This document shows positions 25,196 to 37,954 of a DNA stretch of 64,000 nucleotides, piece by piece. The stretch comes from Trichoplax adhaerens (lineage: Eukaryota; Animalia; Placozoa). The position numbers were made by a program, and so were the translations under genes. Under the pieces are notes generated by a model, which made no database searches, had not been told where the DNA came from, and worked only from the letters and a program-made list of their open reading frames with translations. Numbering within the stretch: position 1 is the stretch's first letter; each line of letters begins with the position of its first letter. The stretch is taken from positions 2,756,462 to 2,820,461 of the forward strand of contig NW_002060943.1 of assembly GCF_000150275.1 (NCBI RefSeq), given 5' to 3'.

Positions 25196-27517
25196 GTCCT
25201 CCTTCGGTACTTTGTTGAAAAATGATCATAGGCAATACTGGAGTTAATAAATACTAAATAAACACTAATCAAGTCATATGATTAATCCCAAAGTAACATC
25301 AATATCATGTATCAAGAAGAATAATAACAGATCTCGTGATTAAATTAAATAATTATCTGATTTTAATACATTCAACACGTCATGTCAACTAGCTAATTGT
25401 AGCAATAAATTAATACTGAGTGGAAATAAATGTAATTCCGCGATGGGAGAGATGAGACTGCATAATGAGTGAAGTCGTCGAGTTTCTTCAGTCGATGCGT
25501 TCTTATTAGAGCAAATCAGTTCATATATTACAAAAAATCGGTGAAATGTTGTAGCTGCTTGTAATTTATGTTCGTGATAGTATTTAGTTATAAATAATTA
25601 CTGTACAGTACATTCATGAACGCTTAAATACATAGATAGTAGATGTAGTCACGGTATTGGCTATCAGTTTAGCGATCAAGATTGCTCTCAATTGAAAGTA
25701 AACTATTTTTCTAGTTTAGAGAGAATGAAACCGTTATGCAGCATAGAGAATTATATCTGCCTTCAAGTAGAATAAATGCTCTATTTGATCAAACTTTCAG
25801 ATATACTCTCTGACTGTATTAGCTACACTGATAGCACTTATAAATCGATCCATGTAAATTATCTTTACTTTAATGAAATTTGGGAAAATTTAGTTAGAAA
25901 TAGAGTTATCAATTTAAAAAGGGGATTATAAAAGCTAAAGGACATGTTCAGAAATTACAGAAATGATTTATAGCGAGAAGAAATGTTCGTAGAAAATCTG
26001 CGATCTTCTCGCTTAAATGGTAAAAATCATCACGATCTGAAAACGTAAAATTCCCAAAAATGACCGAAGTAATTCACGTTATTTTACATTATAAAAAAAA
26101 ATCAGAAATCTGATAAACCCCTTTATATTTTTGTATGACAATCATAAGAAGTGTATAACGCAATAAATCTAGAAAATAGAATGAGGAAATCATTTATTGG
26201 CTTATAGTACAAGAATAGTAAAAAGTTGGCAAGTCTTGAATTTTAATCTTAAAATTAGATAGAAAAGTTAGACAACAGTATAATAAGAAGATGCGAACAA
26301 TGTTCTAACATCTTAAAGAGAAATTAGCAATCAAATAACGCATCAAAATAACAGCCAATAAAAAAATCTTCACAATCAAGATTAAATGTTGAATAAGCCA
26401 AGAAATAAGGAACACTCATGGTAGTTATGGCTCTTTAAATTATTCAATTTCATAATTGCAACCTTCCGTTAGCGACATATTTATTCTGTTTCTTGACAGT
26501 CGCTAAGCTTTGATCGATTATAATGACTTCATAAGTTCTCTTTTCTATATCAATATTTCAAAACCTGAAACATAGCTCAAGCTAAACTTCAGCATCTTTA
26601 ATCTTGTCTGCGATATATAGCTTGAACCATGGTATATTGAAATGTAGTCAGTTTAAATCTAGTGCAAAGAATATTGTAAACTGTTTTGATTCTTTGTAAA
26701 CCAAGTGTAGAAGATTTAAGCTTTCTATAAATTAATCATAAGGCTTGCTTATGCAAATTTGAAACTGTATTTACTATTATAGGATGAAGATAAACTGCAA
26801 TTTCTTGATATTCCAGCCAATAAACTCCATTTTACTTCTATCCTAATCATTCATAAATCTATCTTCTATTATATCAGTTTGTAATGATTGAAATTTTATT
26901 CCTTAAGAATTATAGCAGAGATGGAGCTAGCCCAACTTGATACAGCATGTAAGTGAATTCTATTCCAACAAGATAATCAGATTCAGATATTTTATAAATG
27001 GTTCGATCAAAATTATGTATTCCTATGTGATATACATACGCATTATTGGAATAAGCTTAAATTTAAATAAAATTCTATTTGGTGCATTTTATCAAGTATC
27101 AAAATAAGTTTTTGTTAGATCGATGACTCAATTAAAAGGATAATATCTTTGAGCACGATGATTTAAAGATTTATGTATTAGCTTAGTAGTTAATTTCTGA
27201 GGTGAAGCACAATAATATACGGTATCCACTATAGATTTTGTGTATTATTTTAAACATTTAAAAAATAATTATGCATTGAACATTAATAAGTTAGCAAAAG
27301 GTAACAAATTTTAGCAACTAATTCAGTTGTGGTGATATTGTATACCTTTTTTGCAGTGAATTGAACATACTCTTTACCATTACAGTAATAAAGTAAATTA
27401 CAAACTTAAATTTAAGCTTTGCCTTGGATATCTATTAATAGAAGAAAAATATTTTGTAAAAGGTAGTCAATACTAAGCGTGCAACAACGATTGATAAAAG
27501 TTGGAGGTTAAGATTTG

Positions 27518-30500
27518 TTATGGCCATCTTTCATATAAGTCGATACAAGTTCGCTGTACCTGTCAATATAAAAAGTTTATGGACAGCATTTGAAAACTTG
27601 ATCAATGTAATCTTTGATACCCTTATTCGTACGTCTTGCCTACCTCAAAATTAGGTGGTCTCTCTTGTGTTGTTTCTGCTAGACACCAAGCAGCTAAATT
27701 CAAAAGTTTCTTTCTTGGGCGGTAGATATCTATCTTGGTAATTGCAACTTTCCAGGAAATTCGCTTATCTTTCAACTTTTTCCAGTTTTTATGAGATGCA
27801 TGCATTAAATAGTCTCTCTAATAAAGATATCATAAAACAAATTAGATCATTTTCTGTATCAGTCTTTCAAAGAAACTGATTAATTATTATAGTTTAGGGA
27901 AGAAATCTCAACTAATGCCCGATAATGTGAAAGTATTTACTAGCATAGATGGCCTTCTTTTCTTAACAAAAATCGGTTCACCAGATACCAATTCTAAGCA
28001 GATCTAAATACATATAATTAGATACCTATATTAGCAAAGTGTCTATTTGCTGTATGCTATACCAAATGCATTACTTACAGCCCCGAAACTATAAATGTCG
28101 TTTGCAGGAATTACTTTACCACAAAGAGCTTCATTACAGCAATAGCCAATCTTGCCTACATGAGATGGTAAGGTACTTTGCGCGTGGACACTTCCAGTGA
28201 AATCTAAACATCCATCACTTATTTTGGCAGATCCATTATTATCTATCAAGACATTGGTACTGGTAGATAGAAAAATGTATTATAGATTGCTATTAAAACA
28301 GTCTAGCTTTAGTTAATTGCAGTGCAAGAGATGTAGTATCACTTTAAAATTACCTTGTTAAGCAATTGTGAACTACGTTGCTATCGCGCAAGTAGCAAAG
28401 TCCGTTGATAACATCTTTAAGTATTGAAAGACGTTCCTTACATTGAGGCAGTTTATCTCCCTATTTTTTTAAAGATATACCGTAAAAATTCAGGCATATA
28501 ATTTCATTGAGTGCCTTGATTTTGCTTTGTAAGGATTAAAATTACTATGGTTATCAGAATGTAATCCAAAGTTTAGTAAATACTGAACTTTTAGTGTCAT
28601 TAGCTGCCGAAGTGAATAAGGTAGATATTCTTGTAATAGACCTCCAAGGTGAACATGGTAAGAATATGTAATTCGTAAGCTTTCATGATTTAGCCTATGG
28701 AAAAAGATTGATACAGAAAGATGAGGAGTGTAAGCAATGTTACTAAAACTGGTGCCTTGATATCGTCCAATTTCAATTGCATTTACTCCTATTGTATATT
28801 CTTATTCTTTTTTTAAGATATTAAACAGGGGAATACTTTGATGGCTTGCATTATCATGCTCTAAAATATTAACTAATTCTATTACAAATTTATCATCTAC
28901 CTAAAATTTTATCAAAATGTGAACGGAAATGCCTTAATAGATATTAACATGGCAGATACTTTTCATCATGCAGAAATGCTTCTACTCTAGCAGTATTCTT
29001 GCAGTCTACCCGAGATATCACACATTTCGATAGAATTATGAATTAAAATTTCCTAATCTATATTAACATGATTACAATATACTTTGTCGTGTGTAAGTAC
29101 TTTTACTCCACTTTCATTATGTAATACAGTTTTATTTACTTTATAATATACTAGTAAACTGGTTAATTAAAGCACCCTCAATATCGAAAAGATTCTGGAA
29201 TGAATGTCCTAAACTGGATTTATTTAATTAGTTTTCAAATAATCGAGTAGAATTTTATTTAATCCCATAGAGCAGCTATAACTGGATAAAATGTTTATCG
29301 AAAGTATCATGGAAATGAACTTTCTTAATTTATATTAGTCTGATTAGCTTTCTCATTTTCGACTACTTCCTGTTCTTAAAGCTTACTGTAGTATCATATT
29401 TACCTATAGTTAGCGTCAGTATCTATAGATATATGCAATAAACTTCTTTAGTTAATGCTAAGTACTTATATAATTATAATAAAGAGTTTTATTCGCTCCT
29501 ATGGCAAACTTATATTTTAACCTATACTTAATGTACGACCAGAAATCGAATCATTTTGCAATCGTATCTACTCTTGCAAGATAGTTATCTTGTAAATAAC
29601 ATCTCATCAATATCTGATGGTATTATTGAAAGAACTTACCTGAGTAATTGCTCTATCAATTGATCTTTATCCGATAAATAACTGCTCATCTAATTTTGGA
29701 CGACAAAAAATCAGAAATTCCGTTAAATTTTTTTTATTCCTATTTCAGCAAAAAATAAAGTACTAATAATGTCAGCTTTAGCTCTATCCCCGATAGGTTT
29801 AACTATTCTAGATTAACTAGGTTACACATCCAAAAATTGAAAGATCTATGCTGAATAGAGAACAATAACTAGGTTTCGGAACAATTCGATCAATAAACTC
29901 TTGTAACACTGTAGTAATTCTATTTGCTAATAGCTGTGGAGTTTAAGAATGAATACCAAAGAATCGAAACCTTTTGGCGATAATGTAAGTGATAATAACG
30001 GAGTGTGGATTAAAGGACATTGTTTTGGTCGTGCTACAGTACTAAAAATTACTCTTGCTACTGCCTACAGTTGTTTTGAAGGCAAAACCTTGCTCTGATA
30101 GGCATGTTTAATGACGATTACTATACTTATAGGCATAATAATCGCCATTTAATAAAATCTATCAAAGCCATCTTGGGTTACATCCAATCTAATGGAAATA
30201 GTTTTCTATAACGATGAATTACCGTACATAAAGATGCAGCAATGCAAAGGAATATCACTATTTACGTCAATGTTGATAAATTTGGTAAAAGAAAGACAAA
30301 AACGCAAAAATTTCACCATTATGTTAAGAATTAGATGCTGCCATCAGTACTGTGTATCTAAGCACTTGAAAAAGGAAGTAAAATTTATAGTATCGTTCAA
30401 GACATTCCTTTAGTTTTTACTGTTCTAATGTGTCGTTGTATCAGAGGAATGAAAGTTTACTGCTCTAACCATTTTAATATTGCGATACTGTAGTCGTATT

Positions 30501-32591
30501 GCCTAAAGTTTGTCTTAAAGGCAAGACCCTGCACTGATCGGCAACTTCAGTGACGATTATTATGCTTATAAACCGAATTAATATCATTTAAAACCTATCA
30601 AAATCGTCTTGGCTTAAATACAATTTAACAGAAACACAGTAGTTATTCATAACGATGAATTAGTTTATACAAAGATGTGCCGATGGAATGGAGTATTACA
30701 CTATTTACATCAATGTTGATAATTATGGTAAGAGAAAGACAAAAAAAACGTAATAAATATATGATTACTATAAAGGAATTAGTTGCCATTATTAATGCTG
30801 TCAACTAAGTACTTAATAAAGGAAGGGAAATTTATGGAATCGTTCAAGGCGCTCCTTTAGTTATTAGTTTTCTAATGTGTCATTCTATTAGCAGAATGAT
30901 AGTTTACTGCTCTAACCTTTCTACTATTGTCTTTGAACTTATAAGCAGAACATGTACTTCTAATTGGAAAATATTAGATGAGAAAAGTGGTTACAGTAAG
31001 AGATTCGTTATAAGTGGACAGAGTCAATTTCATTGCTCTAAAAGATCCAATATTTCTCTTAATTTATAAACTGAATATGCAGTTTTAATTGGCAAATATT
31101 AGAAGAGAAAAATGGCCATATCGACAAATAGAAAGTTCAGTTTCTTGCTGTTCAGAAAACAGTGTTGGTCTAGACAATATTACGGTTATATCACATAGTT
31201 TGTTCAATTCATTGATGAAGTATTTGCTAATCAACGATTAAAGAATGGAATTGATTAGTAAACCGATCACAATGTTCATTAGTTGGATAATGGAGAGAAT
31301 TTAAATTGCCTTGGATTAAAAACTGATAGTAAACTGCGTGACGAATGAAAATGGTTAATATCGTTTATGGAAAAATTAAAATAGTGGAAGTGTGGGATAG
31401 ACGTCGTCGAGCATCATCCTCTTTTATGTGTAATAAAGTGTTTTCCAAAAAATAAAACAAGAATCAGTTTCCTGTAAACCTTACTTTATTGCATCGATTA
31501 AGTTCGTCTTTCAAATACCAAGGACTATCTATTTTCCGTCCATCATTTTAATATTAAGCTAATTTGGGGCTGAATGACGATACGAAATGCCTATTTTATT
31601 GGTTTGATCAGGGTAAAAACATGTAGATGTTGTACCTTGTTTTAAGTCTACAGTATAGTACATCACCAATTTGAATATCTTTAACGTAAATACGTTGTTT
31701 AAGATAGGTAAAATGTGAGCAAATAATTGTGTTCGAACCCCTTATTCCCAAGTTAAAATGATCTACGAGCAACTTTAGATGGGGTTGACTGACTTGGGTT
31801 AGAAACAAAAATTGTTTTGATACAGACCATGATATATCATTATGAATTTAAGAATTCGTTTAAATTATTATAACTGGCGTATAGTTTCAAGTGCTAGTAT
31901 AGCAATTGAGAATAGAATATCTTAATAGAAACATTCATTAAATGATCTACAACAGAATTTACCTCTGGTTTCCATTTTTTAAACGCTGAAACTTTACCAT
32001 CGATAGTAATTCTATACGTAGTGCTAAAGAAGCCCGGTAGCGCCAACGCTTTCTTAATGGCTGATTGAATCGCCTAAATCAGAATGCGAACTATATTGAG
32101 TGCACCGAAACTCAAATTGATTCTATCCATTTCTAATAGCATTATTGATTGTGTAAAACTCAATACCCGTATAGTCATCTCTCAAGGAACTTACAGAGTC
32201 CGATGGAGGAGCTTGATCATCGTTATCCCCGATTGGTGAATAATCATTTGCTTTAGGTACATCAGCATAGATGACACTAGCTCGAAAGAGTCTTGAAAAG
32301 CAATTCAACCAAGGGCAACAACCACCCTAATACCGTATCCATAACCGAATAAAATGATGTCAAAGCCAAAATTAGTATTTTACCTTATTCATAGTGGCTG
32401 CAACTATCACTTATCCGTATTTCAACAAGCGTTTTAAATGCAGTAGCAATCATCTATTTTAGCCTATTCTATCATCAGTGATGGAACGAGACGTTGGGCA
32501 TTAATCTACAGTATTTCAAGTTTTTACAACTTACGTGACATGGCTCATCCTGATCTTCATATTGGATATTTCCTGTAGACCGTGGTTCCAT
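27518..32591 (-). CDS. P4: the most divergent Pelle/IRAK-related pseudokinase, about 340 aa
   Basis: Exons 32591-32535, 32326-32195, 32073-31963, 29689-29640, 28694-28589, 28460-28354, 28259-28079, 28003-27941, 27817-27644, 27559-27518. Starts MEPRSTGNIQYEDQDEPCH|GGCCPWLNCF. Motifs: ALPGFFSTTY, SAFKKW, VHNCLTSTNVL, KISDGC, GYCCNE, NDIYSFG. Exon phases match P1-P3. Confidence 0.85.
30060..30930. repeat. Tandem duplication of about 435 bp (two diverged copies) inside P4 intron 3
   Basis: 30060-30482 and 30498-30930 share ggcaa.acc.tgc.ctgat, ataacgatgaatta, ctatttac.tcaatgttgataa, gaaagacaaaaa, atcgttcaag and agtttactgctctaacc. Confidence 0.85.
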
Positions 32592-33180
32592 GTTTTTAAT
32601 CAATGGTATCAATCGGCATGAAATAAAGACATCTTGCCACGGAAGAGTGGCACAAAATTGGTCAAAACTAGGAGCAACAGTCTAGTGTCGTTGACAATTT
32701 TAAAAGTGTTTTGAAAATTAACTCTGGCATCACTTGACGGTAGTTTTCCATGTTAATATTATTAGATAAAGAAAACGAATGAATGGGCACCCTACTGTGA
32801 CTTCCATCACGTGATATCGATCAGGCTGATAAGAAGAATGAATATAAATCGAAGGTATTGTCCTCCACGAGGGGAACAATAGCACTAGACAATAGGCGGA
32901 GAGGGCAGTAGGCAGGCCATCGTGAAAAAACTTTTATGCCGGTGTTTGCTATCTATAAGTTCACTTTAAAAAGCTTCATTTTGACACCAGGATTTCGAGA
33001 TGAATTTCTAGGATGTCCAATATGGACTAGAATCTGTTTTCTTTATAGCTTCCTACCAGCTTATTAATCTCTAAAATGAACAAAACGATAACGATTAAAG
33101 ATAAATTCGACTAAAACAGCGTCTCTTCGTCTCTATTGGAAGTGAATAGTATCATAAAATTTGGCGTAATATCTGATAGA

Positions 33181-34075
33181 TTACTCTTTCCCTATCTCAC
33201 AAGTTGATCTAATTCTGGCGTCATCATGTAACAGCTTGCAATATCGTATATTGAACTTGGTTACGATTTAAAAATGATCAACTAGGTTCTTTGAATCAAG
33301 TTCATCATAAGATTGTTTCTTACTTCTTAAATCTTGCAATAAAGTACTGTTTCTATTCCTACTCTGAAACAATCACTCAATAATTTGTCTCTCAATGCAG
33401 TGGATAAGAATAGTTTACGGGTTTTACTTCAAATACTTGTTCAATATCAAATTAGCACTTAGACCAAGTAAAACTATAAGTAGCAAGATCTTAAACTGAA
33501 CTCTCTTCCTGAAAATGTCAGCGTTTAACATCTTTCATTTCAGACTATTAAAATGGTTATTTTAAGTAGTAATGTTGTAGTACTTCGTCAGCAAAGCGAC
33601 GGGTTATAGGTGTACTTCTCATTATTTATACTTTACTCTTTTCCCATTTAAGTTGATCTAATTCTAGCGTCATCATGTTAACTGCTTACAATCTATATTG
33701 AACTTGGTTACGATGTAGAAATGATTAACATGGTTCTTCGATTCGAGTTTATCTTAAGATTGCTTCTTACTTCTAAAATCTTGCAATAAAGTACTTTTCC
33801 TATCCTGGCCTTAAACAGTTACTCAATAATATAATATGTCTCCAAATGTAGCATATAAAATTGTTTTCTTACTTCAAACATTTGTAAAATATTAATATAG
33901 TAAATTTAGACCATGTAAAACTACACATAGCTAGATCTTAGACTGAGCTCCCTTCCTAAAGGAGTCAGCCTTTTATATCCTTCATTTAGGACTATTAAAA
34001 CTGCTACTTTAAGTAACAATATTGTGACTCATGCTCCGTCAGTAAAGCGACGTGGTGCAGGATTAGTTCTCATTC
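33181..34075. repeat. Tandem duplication of about 450 bp (two copies) upstream of P4
   Basis: 33181-33625 and 33633-34075 share aagttgatctaattct.gcgtcatcatgt, tatattgaacttggttacgat, aatcttgcaataaagtact, agatctta.actga.ctc.cttcct and cgtcag.aaagcgac. Confidence 0.88.
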
Positions 34076-35026
34076 TAGCCTGCAGTTATCTTCTCTAAAT
34101 TATCCACTAACAGCACTCGATAATCCTATAGTCTTGTACTTTATTACACCCGCCTAAATGTGATTTGTATGACAGCTAGCCAATTCAGGTCTAGCGCTGC
34201 CATCTCACTTGTAATTATCGAGATCACACCATAGAATCTATATTCCTACAAATTGATGATCACGATTTATCGGCATGTCGTTTTCTACTAAAAAAATGAA
34301 ATGTGCAAAGTTTATTCGGTCAACTTAATCGGTCATCCACTTTTGTTTTGACCATGTCTATTCCTCATATAAAATCAAACGAAATGGCTGTTGTTCTCTT
34401 TTACAATCTAGCAATGGTCAGCAAGGTTTTTTCGATTCTAATCCACCTTAAGATAGATTCTTGTTACTTACCGTACATCTCCGTTGTTGTAGTTTCTTCA
34501 AAAATAAAATGATCATGGTCTAGTTGGTAATGAATTTATATGTTTTGACGTAGTGTACATCTCGCCAAAAAAATTACAGTTCTCGTCTACAAACTAGAAT
34601 TGATCAATAAGGTACTTTAATTCTCCTCTTTCCATCAATAAAAACATGTCGAGGAACTGAAACAAAGCCTTACTGGTATTATATTACATACGGTAATATG
34701 ATGGATTCCTTACTTATGATCAATCGAGATTTAGCGGCGTTCTTCAAAAAGATTTCATTGTAGTTGATACAGCTAGCCGAAATTATGGTTTAGCAAATCA
34801 TTTTTTTGTTCTGGATAATACTGTAAGAAACTATGTAGGAATAATCATCTCCTAACGGTAAAACAACGAAGCTTTATTCCATGTCTATTCTTCTACAGTA
34901 AGAGAATTGATCATGTTAATATTGTAAGCATGAATTAGCTAAGCCGTAACGGTAAACCCGTCAAGATCTGTTGTCTACTTCTTTTAACATGAATTATTGT
35001 AGTCATTGTAGAATGCAGCTACTCCA

Positions 35027-35555
35027 CTTAGCAGGGAATCTTCTTAAGGTCTGAATGGAACAATTGTAGACTAATGCTTACTAATATCTTAACGTAATAT
35101 TCAGTTACGACACTAATTTTATTCGCGCGGAAACTAGCTTGCAGCTCAAGAATAAAGGTACCTATTAGTGTGTTGCAGCCGATACGATAGTACATGCCTT
35201 TATGATCTGTTATAATTCTAAGGATACAATAAAAGATACCTTTAGTTAGAATTATTACTTACCCCATTTCAATCTAAGCAGTATAGAATATAATCGCTTA
35301 GCGGGGTATCCTCTTAACGTCTAAATGGAACAATTGTAGACCGATAATTATTATGCTATAGCGCAATAATCTATAACGACATTAATTTTTAAGCATGGAA
35401 GCTTGATTGCTGCTAAGAATCATGGTATCTATTGGTGTACTAAAGTCGATAAAATTTGAGTATATGATCTGCTATGATTCTACAGATACGATACAGGATG
35501 CCGTCAATTATAATTATTAGTTACCTCCAATTTCATTCTAAGCAGCAAAATAGGC
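35027..35555. repeat. Tandem duplication with a 270-bp period (two copies)
   Basis: aatggaacaattgtagac recurs exactly 270 bp apart (in the LNGTIVD codons starting at 35051 and 35321). The copies also share tatgatctg.tat.attcta and atttca.tctaagcag. Confidence 0.85.
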
Positions 35556-37954
35556 GTTAATGGGAACAGGTAAAGTTAATGAACCAAAGTCGATCGGACA
35601 TACTAATGTGGAAGTCACTAGTAATCAATCCTAACTCCGAAATTATCTGAGATTGATAGTTTTAAAAATAAAGACAAAAAATACGAACCTATTTCGCATG
35701 AATCCTTCATCAACTACAGTATAAGAAGGTACTACTAGGAATATCTGTCATTTTTCCTAACGCTTACCCAAAAATTATATTAGTTCATATAAAAAGGCAT
35801 TTACGCTTTTTGCATCAAATTTTTTTAAAGCCTCCAGCTTTTTACAGATATGAAGAAAGCCGTAGTACTATTGGAATACTTAGTATTTCACAGAATGCCT
35901 CCAATTAATTCGTGATATCGGTAGTTTTTGCATTGAAATTGAGGTTTATACTAAATCTAAACCCTAATCATCGGTCTATAGGTGTTTAGCTAGTGATCTA
36001 AAATTTCGCATAAACTTTCAAAAAGTGCAAAAAAATACGATACTACTAGAGTTGGTGCTAGAAGATTTCTGCTTATATAGTCAGATGAATCTTGCAACAA
36101 AACAGAGAAGAACTGCTCGACATTCGTTAGAGATAACGAAAGAACACTTTGCTCTTCTAGTTTCATAATTATACTAGCATAAATCTGCAAATAATTTAGA
36201 AAACTATGGTAAAATAGTGTTGGAGACGGTAAAAGAACATTTGCTTTCACTGTAGCATATTTTATTTTAAAATTCAGTACATAAACAAACGATTGAAAAA
36301 CACTCTTATAAGACAACATCGTAAAGTGAATGAGCCAAAACATGTCAATAAATGAAATTCCTTAGAGGTCTTCAATTATATATGTGTAGAATATTACTTT
36401 ATATACTTTTATCCAACCTTAAAACAGTGTTCGTATCTCATAGATAGCCGATAAGCATAGGACTTTAATTACTTCATAAAAACCAAATTTTAACATGTTG
36501 AACAGTACTAACACTTTAGGCATAGTTTTATATGGTAGTCCATTGCCAAGGAAAATAAAAATTTTCGTAACTATTATTAAGATGATAGGAATGATGCGAT
36601 CATAGAATTTCGATGTAAATAGGATTGTCAATTTGCAAGGTTATATTCATTTCGGTGATAGATAGCGTTGAATATGATTAGTTGAGGAGAAGAATAAACA
36701 TCTTTTCCTTCAACTTCACAAATTGAATTTACTCTTATAACATTATTGAAAATGATCGATTAAAGCCAGTATCTCTTAACAAATGAATTATTCGTAAATT
36801 CATATGGATTTAGCAATTGTATCAGTTTCGATAATTTTTTATATAGGGAAAGCTTTAAGGTAACATATTCAGTTGCATATTAAATGAATACGCTCTGTGC
36901 AATTAAGTTAAACTCAATTTTTCTTTATGTTTAACTATGTCAAAGAGTTTTGCGCCTTATAATTTAATGTCTCCATTTTCTTTTTCAGGATGTTGTATAA
37001 TTATATATGTCAGCAGGTAAATTTATCTGAAAGATTAACTGGTTTGTAGCTATAAAGATATTTAACGAATATTTTTTAAGAGTTTGCTAATACTTGAATT
37101 ATTGCAATAACATCAAATTTCTTTCCATATCTATTTTAAGCTGATGAAAGTCTATTGTAACATTAAACGTTAAATTAACGCCCAAAACCGAAAATAATCA
37201 CCAGGCTGTTGTATTGATCTAAAGAATAAATTCCTACCTTGATGAAGGTGAATCTTAGACAATAAATGGAGGTAGGAGTTGAGAATAGATTTCAAATTGC
37301 GCTTAGCAAAAAATTTTAGGATCAATATTATATCTATTTCTCATTGTAGAAGGATAAAAATGGCATTAAAAATTAAAGGATTGCGGCTGGCTTACGACTA
37401 TCGAATTGTTTTAAAAGTATCAAGTGTAGTCTTTTTTTAACAGCCAATGCTGCAAGTAAAAATGACGTCTGTATCCCTTTGCTTAAAGAAATGGTTAGAA
37501 TGGCTATCTTAAGACATTCACTACCATTGATTTAGCTGTATTGAACCAAATAATAGCCCCAATACTATCAAGATGTTACAGTTGTGGCCAATTTTTTACT
37601 CTTGTATCGATGAATTACTTCTTGAGATTCGCCGTAGTCGAATAAGCGATGCTAAATAGTTTACAATCTATGATGATGAAGAAATAAAGCAGTGAAATAG
37701 TTGCCGATGGAATTTGCAACCTAATGATAGTAAAGCTAATGTGATATGGCAGAAAAGCATTAAAAACTTGGCTTACGAAAACAATTTATAATTAATGTAA
37801 TGGAGGGGAAAGAAAGAGTACAATATTGGCATGTGAGAATGATTTACTATTCTGATGTCACATTTTGAAAAAAAAGTGAAATTTTTGCCTATTAAAATAT
37901 CTATAGCCAAATGTAATGTAGGAGAAGGTGGTAAACTATTTATTTACCAAATAA

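Larger units (their letters stand above)
33100..35560 (+). pseudogene. Heavily decayed LRR + tandem Ig-like (LRR-Ig) coding relic
   Basis: The open stretch 33931-34098 reads LDLRLSSLPKGVSLLYPSFRTIKTATLSNNIVTHAP. An FHCS* LRRCT-like fragment lies near 34750. Two 270-bp units each contain LNGTIVD followed about 35 codons later by KNKGTY*CVA or KNHGIYWCTK (Ig DxGxYxC-like). There are many stops and frameshifts; this is pattern recognition only. Confidence 0.4.

Noticed and set aside
26200-27060. Scattered LRR-like and hydrophobic fragments on the minus strand between P3 and P4
   Set aside because: Too short and fragmented to distinguish from AT-rich noise.
32384-32397. Alternative micro first exon (ATG AAT AAG|gt) for P4
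   Set aside because: The upstream exon 32591-32535 resembles P3 exon 1 and has a consensus gtaagt donor. The micro-exon is unsupported without transcripts.
1145-32591. Reading P1-P4 as pseudogenes
   Set aside because: All ten exons in each gene splice in phase with canonical GT-AG and no stops. They are best read as pseudokinase-encoding genes.
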